This document shows, one piece after another, positions 13,076 through 26,129 of a stretch of 64,000 bases of DNA. This stretch comes from Squalus acanthias (taxonomy: Eukaryota). The stretch is taken from positions 6,572,001 through 6,636,000 of the forward strand of contig CM059432.1 of assembly GCA_030390025.1 (NCBI GenBank). The letters are read 5' to 3'. Position 1 is the first letter of the stretch. Every line of letters begins with the position of its first letter. Below the pieces are notes generated by a model. It had not been told where the DNA came from, did not search any database, and worked only from the letters and a program-made list of their open reading frames with translations. The translations under genes were made by a program, and so were the position numbers.

Positions 13076-14099
13076 AAAAACCTTGAACCAACTGGGAATC
13101 ATTTCTGTTTTAATCGGCATTTTAAGGGAACAGTATGGTATTTTTTTGATGGGATTAACTGCCAAACTGATGTAGAACCACTAATCATTTTCTATATACG
13201 TACTAAGTTAGTGACTTTCTAGTAGAGAATTCGTATGAATTTATGCATAGCTGGAATTACTGGACTTCTGATTGGTTTAATTCCAATCTAAACTGATATT
13301 CACACCTGGGTTTATCCTGGAAGCTGAATCCCTGGCAGGGTTGGCTGGAGCAAGACAAAAACCAAGGTGGAGGTGGGCAGCTTGGGGAAGGCCAGTGCAT
13401 CTTTCCTGTTTTGCTAATCTTTAGCATCTGGACAGTTGAACAAGGAATAAGATTGGCTTTCATAAAGCTGTCTGCTGCTTGGAATATTATATTTCTTATG
13501 ATCAAGGGGGTGGGGGATGGCAAAGGATAGACTTTGATTCTGTGAGAAAATGGGGGAAAATTACAGTTAAATGGCGGGGTTGGGGGAGGGGGAAGAAAAA
13601 CTCCTTTCTGCTAAAATATACCAGAGGTTCCCTTGTTGAATGATGGTTACACTTTTGATTTAATAAGTAAGCTGAAGACAGAACTTCTTTAATGCAGGCT
13701 TGGCATGGTTTTGAAGTTTTGTTTTTTGTGAGAAGGCAATTTCTAACGGCACTGGATTTCAGTAAAATGGAAGTTTTCTAATTCTTCAAAGGTTTGCAAT
13801 TTGAAAATATTAATAATCTTCTGGTTATAGATTTGAAATTTCCGTACACGGGTAGCCTGTCTGCCAGTGACACAGTCGGTCTCTCAAGTTGCAAAGTGCA
13901 TCATAGATGAGTTTTATATGGCGGGCATAATTGTGCAACAGAGAATCGAATAAGGGACATTTGCTGTGCGGCAGTTGAAGTTCTGAATCAGAATTTACTG
14001 TTTCACTTTGTATTCAACTTCTGAGGAATTGATTGGGGTTTCTTAAAGTGGCACTTAACAGCAATAGAGCCCTGGAACCTTCGGGGTTAATAAATTATT

Positions 14100-14413
14100 T
14101 TGTGTTTAAGATGATTAAAGATGATAGGGTAGATAGAGGAAAAAAACTATTTCCTCTGTTGGGGTGGTCCAGAACAAGCGGGCGTAACCTTAAAATTCTT
14201 TACACAACGGGTAGTGGAAAGCTGGAACTCTTCCCCCCAAACAAGCTGTTGAGGCTGGGGGTGAATTGAAAATTTCAAAACTGAGATTGATAGACTTTTG
14301 TTCGGCAAGGGTATAAAGGAACCAAGGCAGGTAAATGGAGTTAAGATACAGATTAACCATGATCGAATTGAATGGGGCTGAATGGCCTACGCCTATTCCT
14401 GTTTTCTTATGTT
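14100..14413 (+). mobile_element. CR1 3' tail fragment
   Basis: DRVDR-K-LFPL coding remnant and ttcttatg tail. Confidence 0.75.
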
Positions 14414-14481
14414 TCTATTTCTGCCAATCTTTCAGACTTTGGTTGAATGTTGTCAGGCAGTACAAACTCTAAAATAGTAGA

Positions 14482-14633
14482 AGTCGCACAACACCAGGTT
14501 ATAGTCCAACCTGACGAAGGAGCAGCCCTCCGAAAGCTTGTGATTTCAAATAAAGCTGTTGGACTATAACCTGGTGTTGTGCGACTTCTCACATTTGTCC
14601 ACCCCAGTCCAACACCGGCATCTCCACATCATG
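14482..14633 (+). mobile_element. Penelope-type mini-element (family 2) with hammerhead core and 5' inversion
   Basis: 14-bp TSD tctaaaatagtaga (14468-14481 / 14634-14647). 32-bp perfect inverted repeat 14479-14510 / 14558-14589. Core at 14511-14539. Confidence 0.85.
14511..14539 (+). ncRNA. Minimal hammerhead ribozyme motif
   Basis: CUGACGA-A-GGAG-CAGCC-CUCC-GAAA-GC-UU. Stem I is reduced to about 2 bp by the inversion. Confidence 0.65.
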
Positions 14634-16240
14634 TCTAAAATAGTAGATTTTGACTGAGGATAATTTTGGATGTTATTTTTCTCTCGCTCTTTAATCTCCT
14701 GCATGCCGTGTACCATTCCTCAATTGGCTGGGGAGGAGTCCTGTAACAAGCCTTTGCCAGTATCATTACTGAACTGGCTATTACATGCACGAGAATCTGG
14801 CGTGTTAACTGACCTCTTTTCCTTTTTTTAAGAGGCACTCTTAACATTTTCCTGAGGTGACACTGTCAAGATCAGCAACTTACATGGAAATTTTCAAATG
14901 AGAGCTTGCATCTTGCCACACCCTGGTACGATTATTTTGTGCGCAATTGCTGTCCTCCACTGGATCACCTGCCTAAGTAGATATTGAACAGTAGTAGAAA
15001 AATATTAGCACCTCGAAGTGCCGCTGAAAGATCCATTGAAAAATTACAGTTTTGTTAAGTAAGTTGCAAAAGGTATAATTTCAACACTTGGATACAAGTG
15101 TGTGAATAAGCTTATAAAACTGTATTGCTCTATATTTATAATCCTTTGAGGCAAAGTAGTAGTATTTCATTTAATTCAATGTAATGGAGCGAATTTTTTT
15201 TTTAAAAATTGTGTATTTTTCAATTTTATTTTATATAATTGCTGAGATCAAAACTTACAGAATAAATGGTTTGCAGATGTAACTTGATAGAAATGGCATA
15301 TTTTGATACTTGCTAATGAACCGTGATACTCATAAGATTTAAGTGTTTATTGCAGAGCAACAGAAAGAAGAAAATAGTCTAAGTGCTTTTCAGTACAAAG
15401 AATGCAACTAAATTTAATGTGGCTGGTCTGGAAACCATTTCAAATTTTTCTGTGAAAGGTTTTTTTGGTGAAGCATTCCCAGTTCTGTCCCATTATAGGA
15501 CGCTGTCAGGTGGTGGACTAAAAAGTAAAGCAAGGCATCGGACATAGAATGCAAAGCCTTTTATATTATTTTCTCTATGAGCTGTGACATAGCAGTCCTA
15601 TGACTAATATGGTGCCGTAAGGGATGCAATGTCCATATGGATTCTCTGGAACATTGCCAGCAAGTGCATGTGAATGATTGCTTTTAGAGGGAATAGAATA
15701 CTTTATAAAACATATGGAAACATTTCACTAAGTTCTCATAAGGACTTCGTCCCCAAGCACATCTATGATCACCCTTCCTGAAATTACTTGACTACTTGAT
15801 TGTTCCAGAAATGTAGCATAAATTTGCATATTCAACATGAATTCTTTTACAGAATGCTGCATTGCTTATAAAACATTATTTTTAACCACTTAGTCATACT
15901 GTGTGAGTTGATGCACGTGCAACAAACTTTCTTGAATTATAATGAAACATTGAGGTCTCGTCTTGTCATATGTAAGAAGTGTTCTTTTTCTTTAAATAGT
16001 TGAATTGGAAATATATCGTCCATAATGCCAAGATTTTAGTTTCCGAAATGTGAATAAGAAGTTGCAGTAGCAGGAAATAATGGTTAACCTCTCAGACAGA
16101 CAATATTAAATAATTGAAGGACATAAAGCATAGAACAAAAATAGGGCATTTGTTCCACAAGATCAGCCCCTTCCATGCACAAGCTATTCTAACATGCATC
16201 ACCTTTACTTATTTAATATTCGGAATGAAAATTAATGCCT

Positions 16241-16443
16241 ATAGGCTGACACTCCAGTGCAGTACTGAGGGAGGGCCGCACTGTCAGAGGTGCCGTCTTT
16301 CGGATGAGATGTAAAAACGAGGCCCCGTCTGCTCTCTCGGGTGGACATAAAAGATCCCATGGCACTATTTTGAAGAAGAGCAGGAGAATTATCTCCGATA
16401 TCCTGGCCAATATTTATCCCTCAATCAACATCACTAAAAACAC
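16241..16443 (+). mobile_element. Deu-domain SINE, partial
   Basis: ggtgccgtctttcggatgag...aagatcccatggcactatt...cctggccaatatttatccctca, the Deu-domain as recalled from the AmnSINE1/SacSINE1 group. Confidence 0.85.
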
Positions 16444-16858
16444 CAGCGGACGTCCCAAAGTGCTTTACAGCCAATTAAATACTTTTGAAGTGTAGTCACT
16501 GTTGTAATGTAGGAAACGCGGCCACCAATTTGCGCACAACAAGCTCCCACAAATAAACAAAGTGATAATGACCAGATAATTTGTTTTTAGTGATGTTGAT
16601 TGAGGGATAAATATTGGCCAGGACACCGGGGATAACTCCCCTGCTATTCTTCGAAATAGTGCCATGGGATCTTTTACGTCCACCTGAGAGAGCAGACAGG
16701 GCCTTGGTTTAACGTCTCATCCGAAAGACGGCACCTCCGACAGTGCAGCACTCCTCAGCCCTGCACTGGGAGTGTCAGCCTAGTTTTTTGTGCTCAAGTC
16801 TCTGGAGTGGGACTTGAACCCACAACCTTCTGCTACCAAATGAGCCACGGCTGACACT
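16444..16858 (-). mobile_element. Deu-domain tRNA SINE
   Basis: B box ggttcaagtcc, Deu-domain and L2-type tail on the minus strand. Confidence 0.9.
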
Positions 16859-17156
16859 TGACATCTCCAGTATTCAATTCTGGCCCGCTGCCTTCCACAG
16901 ACCAAAAACTATTCTCCCACCCCTGTTCGATGCAGCAGTACAGCAGCCAGCCTCCATCATGTTCTGTGAGAAATGTAATCATCACAATTTATAGCTGTGC
17001 TTGTAACTTCCCGTCCTAACCTGCTATTTATCCAGCTCACCTTTGAAGCAGTTAGTTGACACAGCCAAAGTTTTTGTTGGGAGCCTATTCCACTTAACTG
17101 TAAGTTGGAATTTGTGAATCCACATTTTTAAAGTGATGAAGATAGTACTTTATAAA

Positions 17157-17342
17157 AGAACATAAGAACATAAAAAATAGGAGCAGGAGCAGGCCATTCA
17201 GCCCCTCGAACCTGCTCCGCCATTCAATAAGATCTGATCTAGACCTCAACCCCACTTTCCCGCCCGCTCCCCATAACCCTTGACTCCCCGTAGCTCAAAT
17301 ATATGTCTATCTCCGCCTTGAATATATTCAGTGACTTCGCCC
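17157..17342 (-). mobile_element. CR1 3' tail fragment
   Basis: (agaacata)n start, i.e. the reverse complement of the CR1 tail. Confidence 0.8.
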
Positions 17343-17373
17343 TTTATAGAAGAGGGCATCCATGTATGAAACC

Positions 17374-17410
17374 AGTGTTCTGCTGAAAGGTCATCGACCC
17401 GAAACGTTAA

Positions 17411-17447
<37 letters not shown>

Positions 17448-17544
17448 CCGATGCTGCCTGACCCGACCTGCCGCGTGTTTTCCAGCATTTTCTGTTTTTA
17501 TTACAGATTCCCGGCGTCCACGATTGTTGCGCTTTTATTTCAGC
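17374..17544 (+). mobile_element. Penelope-type mini-element (family 1) with degenerate hammerhead and (CT)n expansion
   Basis: TSD gtatgaaacc (17364-17373 / 17545-17554). Core at 17380-17408 reads CUGCUGA (A6 mutated). Confidence 0.8.
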
Positions 17545-17689
17545 GTATGAAACCTGTTCAGTGCAGGAAGAATATGCAAAATAACAATTTGTCGTTTACA
17601 GGGTGACGCTTACTTTTTAAGTTGGTGTAGCAATTCCAGAGTTGTACTTTGTTGGACTCTGTACTTCATTTCAGTTTAACTTTAGTAAC

Positions 17690-18141
17690 CATAAATAAAA
17701 ACAGAAAATGCTGGAAATGCTCAGCAGGTCAGGCAGCATCTGTGTAGAGAGAAACAGAGTTAACGTTTCAGGTCGATGACCCTTCGTCAGAACTGGAAAA
17801 AGCTGGAGATGGAACAGGTTTTTAAGCAAGTGTAGGGGCAGGGAAAGGGTGGAGGGGAGGAAAGAACAAAAGGGAAGGTCTGTGATAGGGTGGAAGGCAG
17901 GAGCGATTAAGAGACAAAAGGGATGATGGTGCAAGGCAAACAGAGATGGTAATGGGGCAAGTTAAGAAACAAAAGATGACTCTAGATGAAGTGTAAATGG
18001 CACTGGCAGAATGATCGACAGCTGCCATGTGAGAGAGAGAGAAAAAAAAAAATGGAAAAAAAAGATAGGGGCAGAGGTTATGGTCTGAAATTGTTGAACT
18101 CGATATAGAGTCCAGAAGGCTGTAAAGTGCCTAATCGAAAC
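17690..18141 (-). mobile_element. Penelope-like element 3' end (family 1)
   Basis: 13-bp TSD taactttagtaac (17677-17689 / 18142-18154). Encodes FRLGTLQPSGLYIEFNNFRP*. Intact hammerhead at 17762-17790. Confidence 0.9.
17762..17790 (-). ncRNA. Minimal hammerhead ribozyme motif
   Basis: CUGACGA-A-GGGUC-AUC-GACCU-GAAA-CG-UU, with stem I AGUU/AACU. Confidence 0.75.
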
Positions 18142-18221
18142 TAACTTTAGTAACTTCTGGGTAGACTACCTTTGTTGCTAGATTTGGGTAACATTCTGAA
18201 CCTCACGAAACAAGTCTTGCT

Positions 18222-18755
18222 CACACCTGGAGTACTGCATGCAGTTTTGGTCTCCTTATTTAAGGAGAGATACACTTGCATTGGAAGCAGTTCAGTGAAG
18301 GTTCACTCGGTTGATTCCTGGGATGGAAGGGTTGTCTTATGAGGAAAGGTTGAGCAGGTTGGGCCTATAATCATTGGAGTTTAGAAGAATGAGAGGTGAT
18401 CTTATTGAAACATATAAGATTCTGAGGGGGCTCGACAGGGTAGATGCAGGGAGGATGTTTCCCCTCATGGGGGAATCTAGAACTAGGGGGCATAGTTTCA
18501 GAATAAGGGGTCGCCTATTTAAGACGGAGATGAGGAGGAATTTCTTCTGAGGGTCGTGAATCTTTGGAATTCTCTACCCCAGAGAGCTGTGGAGGCGGAG
18601 TCATTGAATATATACAGGGGAGTCAAGGGGTATGGGGAGTGGGCGGGAAAGTGGAGTTGAGGCCAAGATCAGATCAGCCATGATCGTATTGAATGGCGGG
18701 GCAGGCTCGAGGGGCCGAATGACCGACTCTTGCTCTTATTTCTTATGTTCTTATG
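18222..18755 (+). mobile_element. CR1 3' fragment
   Basis: Near-identical to 8525-9083. Ends in a ttcttatg tail. Confidence 0.9.
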
Positions 18756-18867
18756 CAAGAGAAACTGGAAAAGGTGTGTAAATGTCAGTCTGACCACCAG
18801 AATCTGAGATTTGGTACACCATATTAAGTTAGATGAGTAAAAGTGATAATGCATTCTTACTCATATT

Positions 18868-19130
18868 AGAAACATAGAAAAATAGGAGCATGAGTAGGCC
18901 ATTCGGCCCTTCGAGCCTGCTCCGCCATTCAATATGATCATGGCTAATCCTCTTTCTCAATACCATATTCCCGCTCTCTCCCCATACCCCTTGATGCCTT
19001 TTGTGTTTAGAAATCTATCTATCTCCTTCTTAAATATATTCAGTGACTTGACCTCCACAGTCTTCTGTGGTAGAGAATTCCACAGGTTCACCACCCTCTG
19101 AGTGAAGAAATTTCTCCTCATCTCAGTCCA
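18868..19130 (-). mobile_element. CR1 3' tail fragment
   Basis: EMRRNFFTQRVVNLWNSLP on the minus strand. Confidence 0.88.
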
Positions 19131-19204
19131 ATTTCTCCACATCTTAGTCCTTACAACATTAGTACACAGTGTTAAATGCAGTCAGTGGTTGGGACAGTCT
19201 CATT

Positions 19205-19600
19205 CCCCACCCCAGAGACTTGAGCACAAAAATCTGGGCTGACACTCCCAGTGCAGTACTGAGGGAGCGCAGCACTGTCGGAGGTGCCGTCTTTCGGATG
19301 AGACATTTAAACCGTCTGCTCTCTCAGGTGGACGCAAAGGATACATGGCACTATTTCGAAGAAGCGCAGGGGAGTTATCCCCGGTGCCCTGGCCAATATT
19401 TATCCCTCAATTAACATCACCAAGACAGATAATCTGGTCATTATCACAGTGCTGTTTGCGGGAGCTTGCTGTGTGCAAATTGGCTGCCGCGTTTCCTACA
19501 TTACAACAGTGACTACACTTCAAAACAATTGGCTGTAAAGCGCTTTGGGTCGTCCTGAGGTCATGAAAGGCACTTTATCAATGCAAGTCTTTTTTCTTAT
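19205..19600 (+). mobile_element. Deu-domain SINE
   Basis: Deu-domain plus L2-type tail. Confidence 0.9.
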
Positions 19601-20204
19601 TACATTTTCTTCTTTCTTCCTCCCCCGCATCCCTGAGTCCCCAGCATGTTAAATTTTAGGCCCACCTACAGTGCACATTACTTTTTAACAGCGATGGTAA
19701 GCAGTCAATCTACTGTCAGCCTCTGCTTTGCAATTCCATACCTGCTTGCTCGGAGGTGCAGGGGTAACATGTTGACTGAATTTCTAGCTCGTTGTGTGTG
19801 GGAGGGAGGGAGGGCGGGCTGCTTAACATTAACATTTTTATATTGCTCCTTCCCTTTCATGATCAGCATCAAGAATTTTATTGGGGTGGGGAATTTAGAC
19901 TGTCCCAACTACTGGCTGCATTTAATACTGTGTAGTAAAATTTGATTTTTTAAAATGTCGCCATATATTAATAAAATGCGCTACTGTCATTATATACCAA
20001 TGCATGGTGCAGATAAGATGGGAGCCATTCCACTGAATAATAATGTTCAAAATGGATTAATTTTCAAAATCTGGCTCTGCTAAAATTTATTACTTGTATC
20101 AAGTTTGTCGATCTGGTGCGCGGACACTTCCATTAAATTAACACTCACGCTGCTGAGCCAATTGCTTTGGATGCACAAGTACGTAGAAATACATAGAAGT
20201 TACA

Positions 20205-20565
20205 ACACCGAAACAGGCCATTTGACCCAATCAGTCAATATCTGTGTTTATACGCCACACAAATTAATAGTTCGAATCACAGTTACCCACCCTGTTCCCA
20301 TATCCATTCAATCCAGTTGCTTTCATCCACCGATCCAATCTAATCCTGAGTGTTGGTGTAGTTTCTGCCTCAACCACCATCCCGGGAAATGAATTTTAAC
20401 AGCCTCATAACTCTCTGCTGTAAAGGAATTTCTTCTGCCCTCTGTTCTAAATCTCTTACATTTAATCTTGTATCTATGGCCCCTTGTTCTTTGGCCCTCA
20501 AGTACTGGAAACTGTCTTCTTCTATCTATCATGTCCCATCCTTTCACAGTTTTTAAACACTTCTA
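20205..20565 (-). mobile_element. Old CR1 3' fragment
   Basis: TRGHRYKIKCKRFRTEGRRNSFT on the minus strand. Confidence 0.75.
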
Positions 20566-20574
20566 GCATTTTTT

Positions 20575-20980
20575 TAATTTATTCGTTCCTGGGATGTGGG
20601 CGTCGCTGGCAAGGCCAGCATTTATTGCCCATCCCTGATGGCCCTTGAGCAGGTGGTGGTGAGCCGCCTTATACAACTGAGTGACTTGCTAGGCCATTTC
20701 AGAGGGCAGTCAAGAGTCAACCACATTGCTGTGGGTCTGGAGTCACATTTCGCCCAGACTGGGTAAGGGCGGCAGATTTCCTTCCCTAAAGGACATTAGT
20801 GAACAAGATGGGTTTTTACGACAATCCGGTAGTTTCATGGTCACCATTACTGATACTAGCTTTCTATTCCACATTTAAAAAAATTTAATTAACTGAATTT
20901 AAATTCCCCAGCTGCCGTGGTGGGATTTGAACTCATGTTCCCCAGATCATTAGTCCAGGCCTCTGTGCTACTGTACCCGA
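20575..20980 (-). mobile_element. tRNA-headed SINE-X (shares both 5' and 3' segments with LINE-X)
   Basis: B box gagttcaaatcc, body and LINE-X tail on the minus strand. Confidence 0.85.
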
Positions 20981-21827
20981 ATATTGTAATCTGGGCTGTT
21001 CAAATGAAAGGCGACCCAATTTTTTAAGTCTTTCTTCATACCAGGCAGCTTTCTAATGAGTCGGTGTTGTACCCTCTCTAAAGTCTCAATAAAGTGTGGA
21101 GCCCAATATTGCACACACTACTCCAACTGAGATCAGTGCTTTGGGGATGTTTTACTACATTAAAGGCACTATCTAATTGCATGTAGTTGTTGAGGTCTTA
21201 TTCAGTAGCCATGTGTACAGGTCAGCTGTTGCCCCTTTTGTGCATCTGTACCCATCTTGCATATATATATATTTAATATAAGTAGTTTTCCCCCTTTAAG
21301 GATGCTGTTCAACAATATTAAATTACTATACATGGTGCAAATATAATTGGTGCCATTCCAAAAATGTAATTTTCTTTCAGTCATGTGTTTTGGTGGAATG
21401 AAGATCTTCACTTTCAAGAATGGGTGGCAACTTGGGCTATCATACTGTCCTTGCACCTTTGGCATTCAGCCCAGCAATGGGATATGTTTTTTTAAAATCT
21501 TTCTTGATTATACAGAGATTGAGTTGGAGTAGGCTTGAGCAAAATTCCAAGTGGGAATTGATTTATGACTTCTAAATTCTCGCTAAGAAAGGCCAAGAAT
21601 ATTTTTGATGTGAGCTATATAAATACGAGCTTGGTACATTTTTCTAGGGTAAAGGCACATTGTTTTAGGCAGATAGAGGAAGCTTCACTTTGCAATCTGG
21701 CTGTGTTATATCTGCCCTGCGAATGCTTGATGCTGGCACTTGGCATAAATGTTCCATTCTCCAGCACCAAAATCCCTCACTTTGAACAAGTTGGTTGGTC
21801 GGTGGTTCATCAAGAGAGGTACATGGT

Positions 21828-21928
21828 GAAATAAAAACAGAAAATGCTGGAAATACTCAGCAGGCCAGGCAGCATCTGTGGAGAGAGAAACCGAGTTAAC
21901 ACTTCAGGCCGATGACCTTTCGTCAGAG
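21828..21928 (-). mobile_element. Penelope family 1 mini-fragment with degenerate hammerhead
   Basis: Ends exactly at the CUGACGA core. The GAAACG segment is mutated. Confidence 0.75.
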
Positions 21929-21959
21929 TTCATACTGTTCTTGGTGTGTGCGCACCCAT

Positions 21960-22320
21960 TGATGATCAGTCCCATAGAGGCCGGCATTTATTCCCCATCC
22001 CTAATTGCCCTCGAGAAGGTGGTGGTGAGCCGCCATTTCAGAGCGTAGTTAAGTGTCAACCACATTGCTGTGGGTCTGGAGTCACATATAGGCCAGACCG
22101 GGTAAAGACAGCAGATTTCTTTCGTGAACCTAACCTTCATTAGTGAACCAGATGGACAAAGCTGATACTTTTTATTATTCCAGATTTATTTAATTAACTG
22201 AATTTAAATTCCCCAGCTGCCACAGTGGGATTTTGAATTTTGAACTCATGTCTCTGGGTCATTAGTCCAGGCGTCTGGTTTACTAGCCCAGTAACATAAC
22301 CACTGTGCTACCGTATCCCG
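21960..22320 (-). mobile_element. SINE-X
   Basis: A box tagcacagtgg, B-box-like gagttcaaa, and LINE-X tail. Confidence 0.85.
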
Positions 22321-22329
22321 GTATTATGA

Positions 22330-23480
22330 AATAGAAGGAAAAAAATAAATGATACAGAAGGGCACCGAATTCATTAAACTTTTATCCGAGCAGCCAAAAG
22401 GACACTGGAGAAAAGGATAGTGGTTGGTTGTAATAGCAAGATCTATGTTTGGAGTCAGAGGGCAATTAAGGACTGTATAGGGCAGTTGAAGGATTGCTCT
22501 GGGCAGATTTGTGTGGACTCCCAGGATATGGCAGAGGTTTTAAATGGCTACTTTGCATCAGTATTCGTGACAGAAGATGATGGTGAGTTACCAATAATAC
22601 ATTGCTGCTAAAATTGAAAGTGTCAAAGTGGGTGCGGTTATAGTCCTGGCTAGAATAAGGGATCTTAAAACATATTGGACTGATGGCATTCATTTTATGC
22701 AGTTCAAAGAAATGCAGGTGGTGCTCTGTGAAACCCTTGCTCATAATAAAATTAATAGCTAGCTGGCGTCTAGATTGTCCTGTGATCTGGACCGAGGTCC
22801 ATGTGGTAGAGACTCGTGTGGAGTATAAACATCAGCACAGACTAGTTGGGACGAATGGCCTGTTTCTGTGCTATATTTTATGTCATTCTATATTTAAAGA
22901 TTGAAATACTTGTAAGTCCGAACTGGGAAATTACAAGCCTATTAGTTTATCTTCAGTTGTACGCAAGTTGCTGGAAGGGATCATTAGAGATACAGTGTAT
23001 GAGCATCTTGACCGAGTTATTAGAAAATTTCAACATGTCTTGTGGAGAAGAAAGTCCTGTCTCACCAGTGAACAGTGAATTTTACTAGGCTGGTGGTTGT
23101 CATTTAATCACTGTATCTTGATTTTCAAAGAGTTTTCGACAAGGTGCCACAATAAAGGCCTGAGTACTGTGGAATTAGCAGGCAGAGTTTGGCTTGGATG
23201 AAAAACTGGTTGCATTCTCATGGACAGAAGGTAGTTATTATTGGTAGTGGAGGCCAGACATGAGCGGAACCCTGCAGGGATCGGCAAGCATGTATACCCC
23301 ATGCAGTGTTTCATGCTTCGGACTACTGAATGGGAGAAGGATCTGGGTGTGAGCGTGTATGAATTATTGTAGGTCCATGCCCATACTTCAAGACTATTAC
23401 AAGAGCGAATAGAGTGTTATGATGTGTTCCCCTGACGATGAAATACAAAAGAAATACTATGGGAGTGGAGAGGAATTTCC
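22330..23480 (+). mobile_element. Highly decayed CR1 ORF2
   Basis: Remnants DMAEVLNGYFASVF, PNWE/NY-P-SL and DFQRVFDKVP-like. Confidence 0.55.
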
Positions 23481-25327
23481 CAGAGTTTTTTTTCCTTCGC
23501 AGGCCTCTGTTTTTTTTGGCTTTCTTTGTTGATTGCATGACTGGTTGGTGGGGAGGAGGGGAAGATGGGGGTTTTAGATGGACCTGTCCTTTGTTTTTGT
23601 ATGTTCATATAAAGGGCAACGATTGCTTGCAATTGTTATGGAATTTGACTTCAGAGTTGGAAATCTGATTGAAAGGGGAGACAAACTGGTGCTTTTTTCT
23701 GGACCTGCCAGATTTTGTGTCTACTCTCTGTGCTATTTATTATTTGAAGACTTCCTAAATAATGATCTTGGTTACCTTGTGTACTTAAAATTGTGGGTGA
23801 TTCCTCATTCTGATTGTGTATAGTACATTAATATTGCGACTGTTTAATTAAAGCTTTTGACATTGGCGCAGGCTTTCAATAGCACACAGTGCAATGGCTG
23901 TGAACATCTTCGCCACTTCTCTGTAGGAAACAGTTTGGTTGTAGACCTCTCTATATGCTTTGAGCTAAGGATCCTTCAGTTGATTTCATATAATTTGTAA
24001 TTCTAATTCTCTTCTCTGCCCTCCTTCAATCCACCCTTTGTTTAATGAGGAGGTGGGGAATGTGCGGGCTCACGCATGGGTTTTTCCATGAACACTATTC
24101 TTGTTGCTATTAGGTTGACTTGGTAAGTGGTGATCTTGATGTCTAGCTTTCCCTATTTTTGATTCCAAATCAAATTTGTTTATTTTGCTCGTCAGGTGTA
24201 TCCGGTTGTTTAAGCAGTCCAATGTATACTGAAGTAATAATACTAATATTTTAACTTGTATTAATATCATAAGTTTAACCACACCAGTCTTGTGTTCATT
24301 TTATTTATGTTTGAGAAAAAATTGTTCGGCTTTACTTTATCTATCTTCACCAAGGATTCAAGTCTCCTCAAATTAATGTGCTTCAAACAGAATAAAATAA
24401 CCAGCCATCATCGAGTTTTTGGATGCGTAATTGCGAAGATGTATCCATTAGATCTCTTCCTAATTATCCAGTTAGATAAAATTTGAAACACGTATGGTAT
24501 TGCTGCATCCAGAATGATTTTTCAAAATAAAATACAGCAATCTTTAATACTTTTACATACTTCAGCATCATTTGCGATTTAAGCAATGCCTTATTTAATA
24601 TTAAATATTTCTGAAGGACTGGTTTGATCTATAATATGATGCAGATTCTTTTCTATGCAGCCACAGAGGTATTTTATTGGGGGAAAAAAGCTTCAAAGCG
24701 CTACTTTATTGTTATTGGCCAGTTGTGTCAGAGCATGAGCTAAATTCTGGAAAGCAATTTTGTAAGGACCAGATTATATACTGTATTGATAATTTAGTGT
24801 ACGATTACACAGGGTATTTATACAATTTCTGTGGCATCATGTACCTGGAAATAGGAGTTTTACAGCATCCAGTTCCAATATCCATGGCCTTGCTCTGCAC
24901 AAATAAGTTGCACATTTCAATTTGCAGTGCTAATTTTGATAATTGACTTTTAAAAGGCGTTTCTAGTCAAAATATGAAAGGAATCAAACCGAATTGGCAA
25001 ATTGTCCTTTTTAGTGGTTTGATTGTAAATTTTATTTTGGCTACTTCAAGGAACTTGTTACTTGAGCACGGAGTCGTATTTTAGTTGTCTGGATTGGAGC
25101 CCCTTTGATTCTGCTTGATTTTATTAGCGCATGCCTAATTTCCTCTGCCAGTGCATAGATACAGCATTACATAGCGGCAAGCTTTTCATCGTTCCTAAAT
25201 AAGGGATCCAATTTGGCACAACTGTGGCATTTTCTTGTGTTTATGGTGGCCATCTTAGCACAAGCTAATGAAGTCTATTTGATGAAAGCTTTCTGAAGAA
25301 CTTATTGTCTGTGAGACGATACACTAA

Positions 25328-26129
25328 GGGGGAAAAAATTCGGTTTCGCTCATTTTGGGCCGGGTGCAAAGTTTAGCGCCCGGCACTAATTATTGCCTCT
25401 GACTGCAAAATTCGCCTCGATCGGCCCTGGAGGTGATTGGAGCGCTAAATCAGCGCTACACACCTCTCTTTAGGCGCTAACGTCTGGGAGCGAGGCGCTA
25501 CCTCAGAACCCTACCGAAGCTCAGGCGATGTCAGTTACCATGGAAGCCAGAGAGACTGGCGCCGTCCAGTTCTTAAAGGGAAAGGGGAGGGGCCATCTTG
25601 CTGGCCAGCCACACCCTGCTCATTGCAGCCTTGAATCTCGGCCTGGAGAGACCTCTAAAGCAATTGTGTTGGCGGCACTAATGGATAGGCCCAGGGAACG
25701 AGCTCGGCGCTTAGGAACCTCAAAAGTGGTGCTGAGGGCCAGAACTTCTTAGGACAGTGTTAAATCTTTCCAGACATCTCTCTCCCCCTCAACCTGCGTG
25801 TACCAAAAATTTTGCCGGCAAGATGAGGCAGGGAGCACCCGCCTTTAAATAGCGCTCCCCCAGCCGTTTCCCGACTTGAAAACGTTCCCCTCCGCCTGTC
25901 GTTCTTAGCGGCAGGCGCTAAGGCAGGGGGCGCGACTCAATATCTGGTCCAGGGCGTTGCACGCTCGACTGATGTCACGATCTGCGAGCGCAGGAGATCG
26001 TGGCGGTAGTGTTTAGCGACGCCGCAAAACGACTGGTCAATTTCGCGAGCGGCGCTAAACTCGCCATGCTCGGGTGCTAAGTTCCTAGAGGCGCTAACGG
26101 GAAGCGCTAACCAACTGAATTTTTCCCCC
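25328..26129 (-). mobile_element. MITE family C (Harbinger-type)
   Basis: TIRs gggggaaaaaatt / aatttttccccc. TSD taa/gaa. Rich in gcgct subrepeats. Reverse orientation of 45615-46505. Confidence 0.88.
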
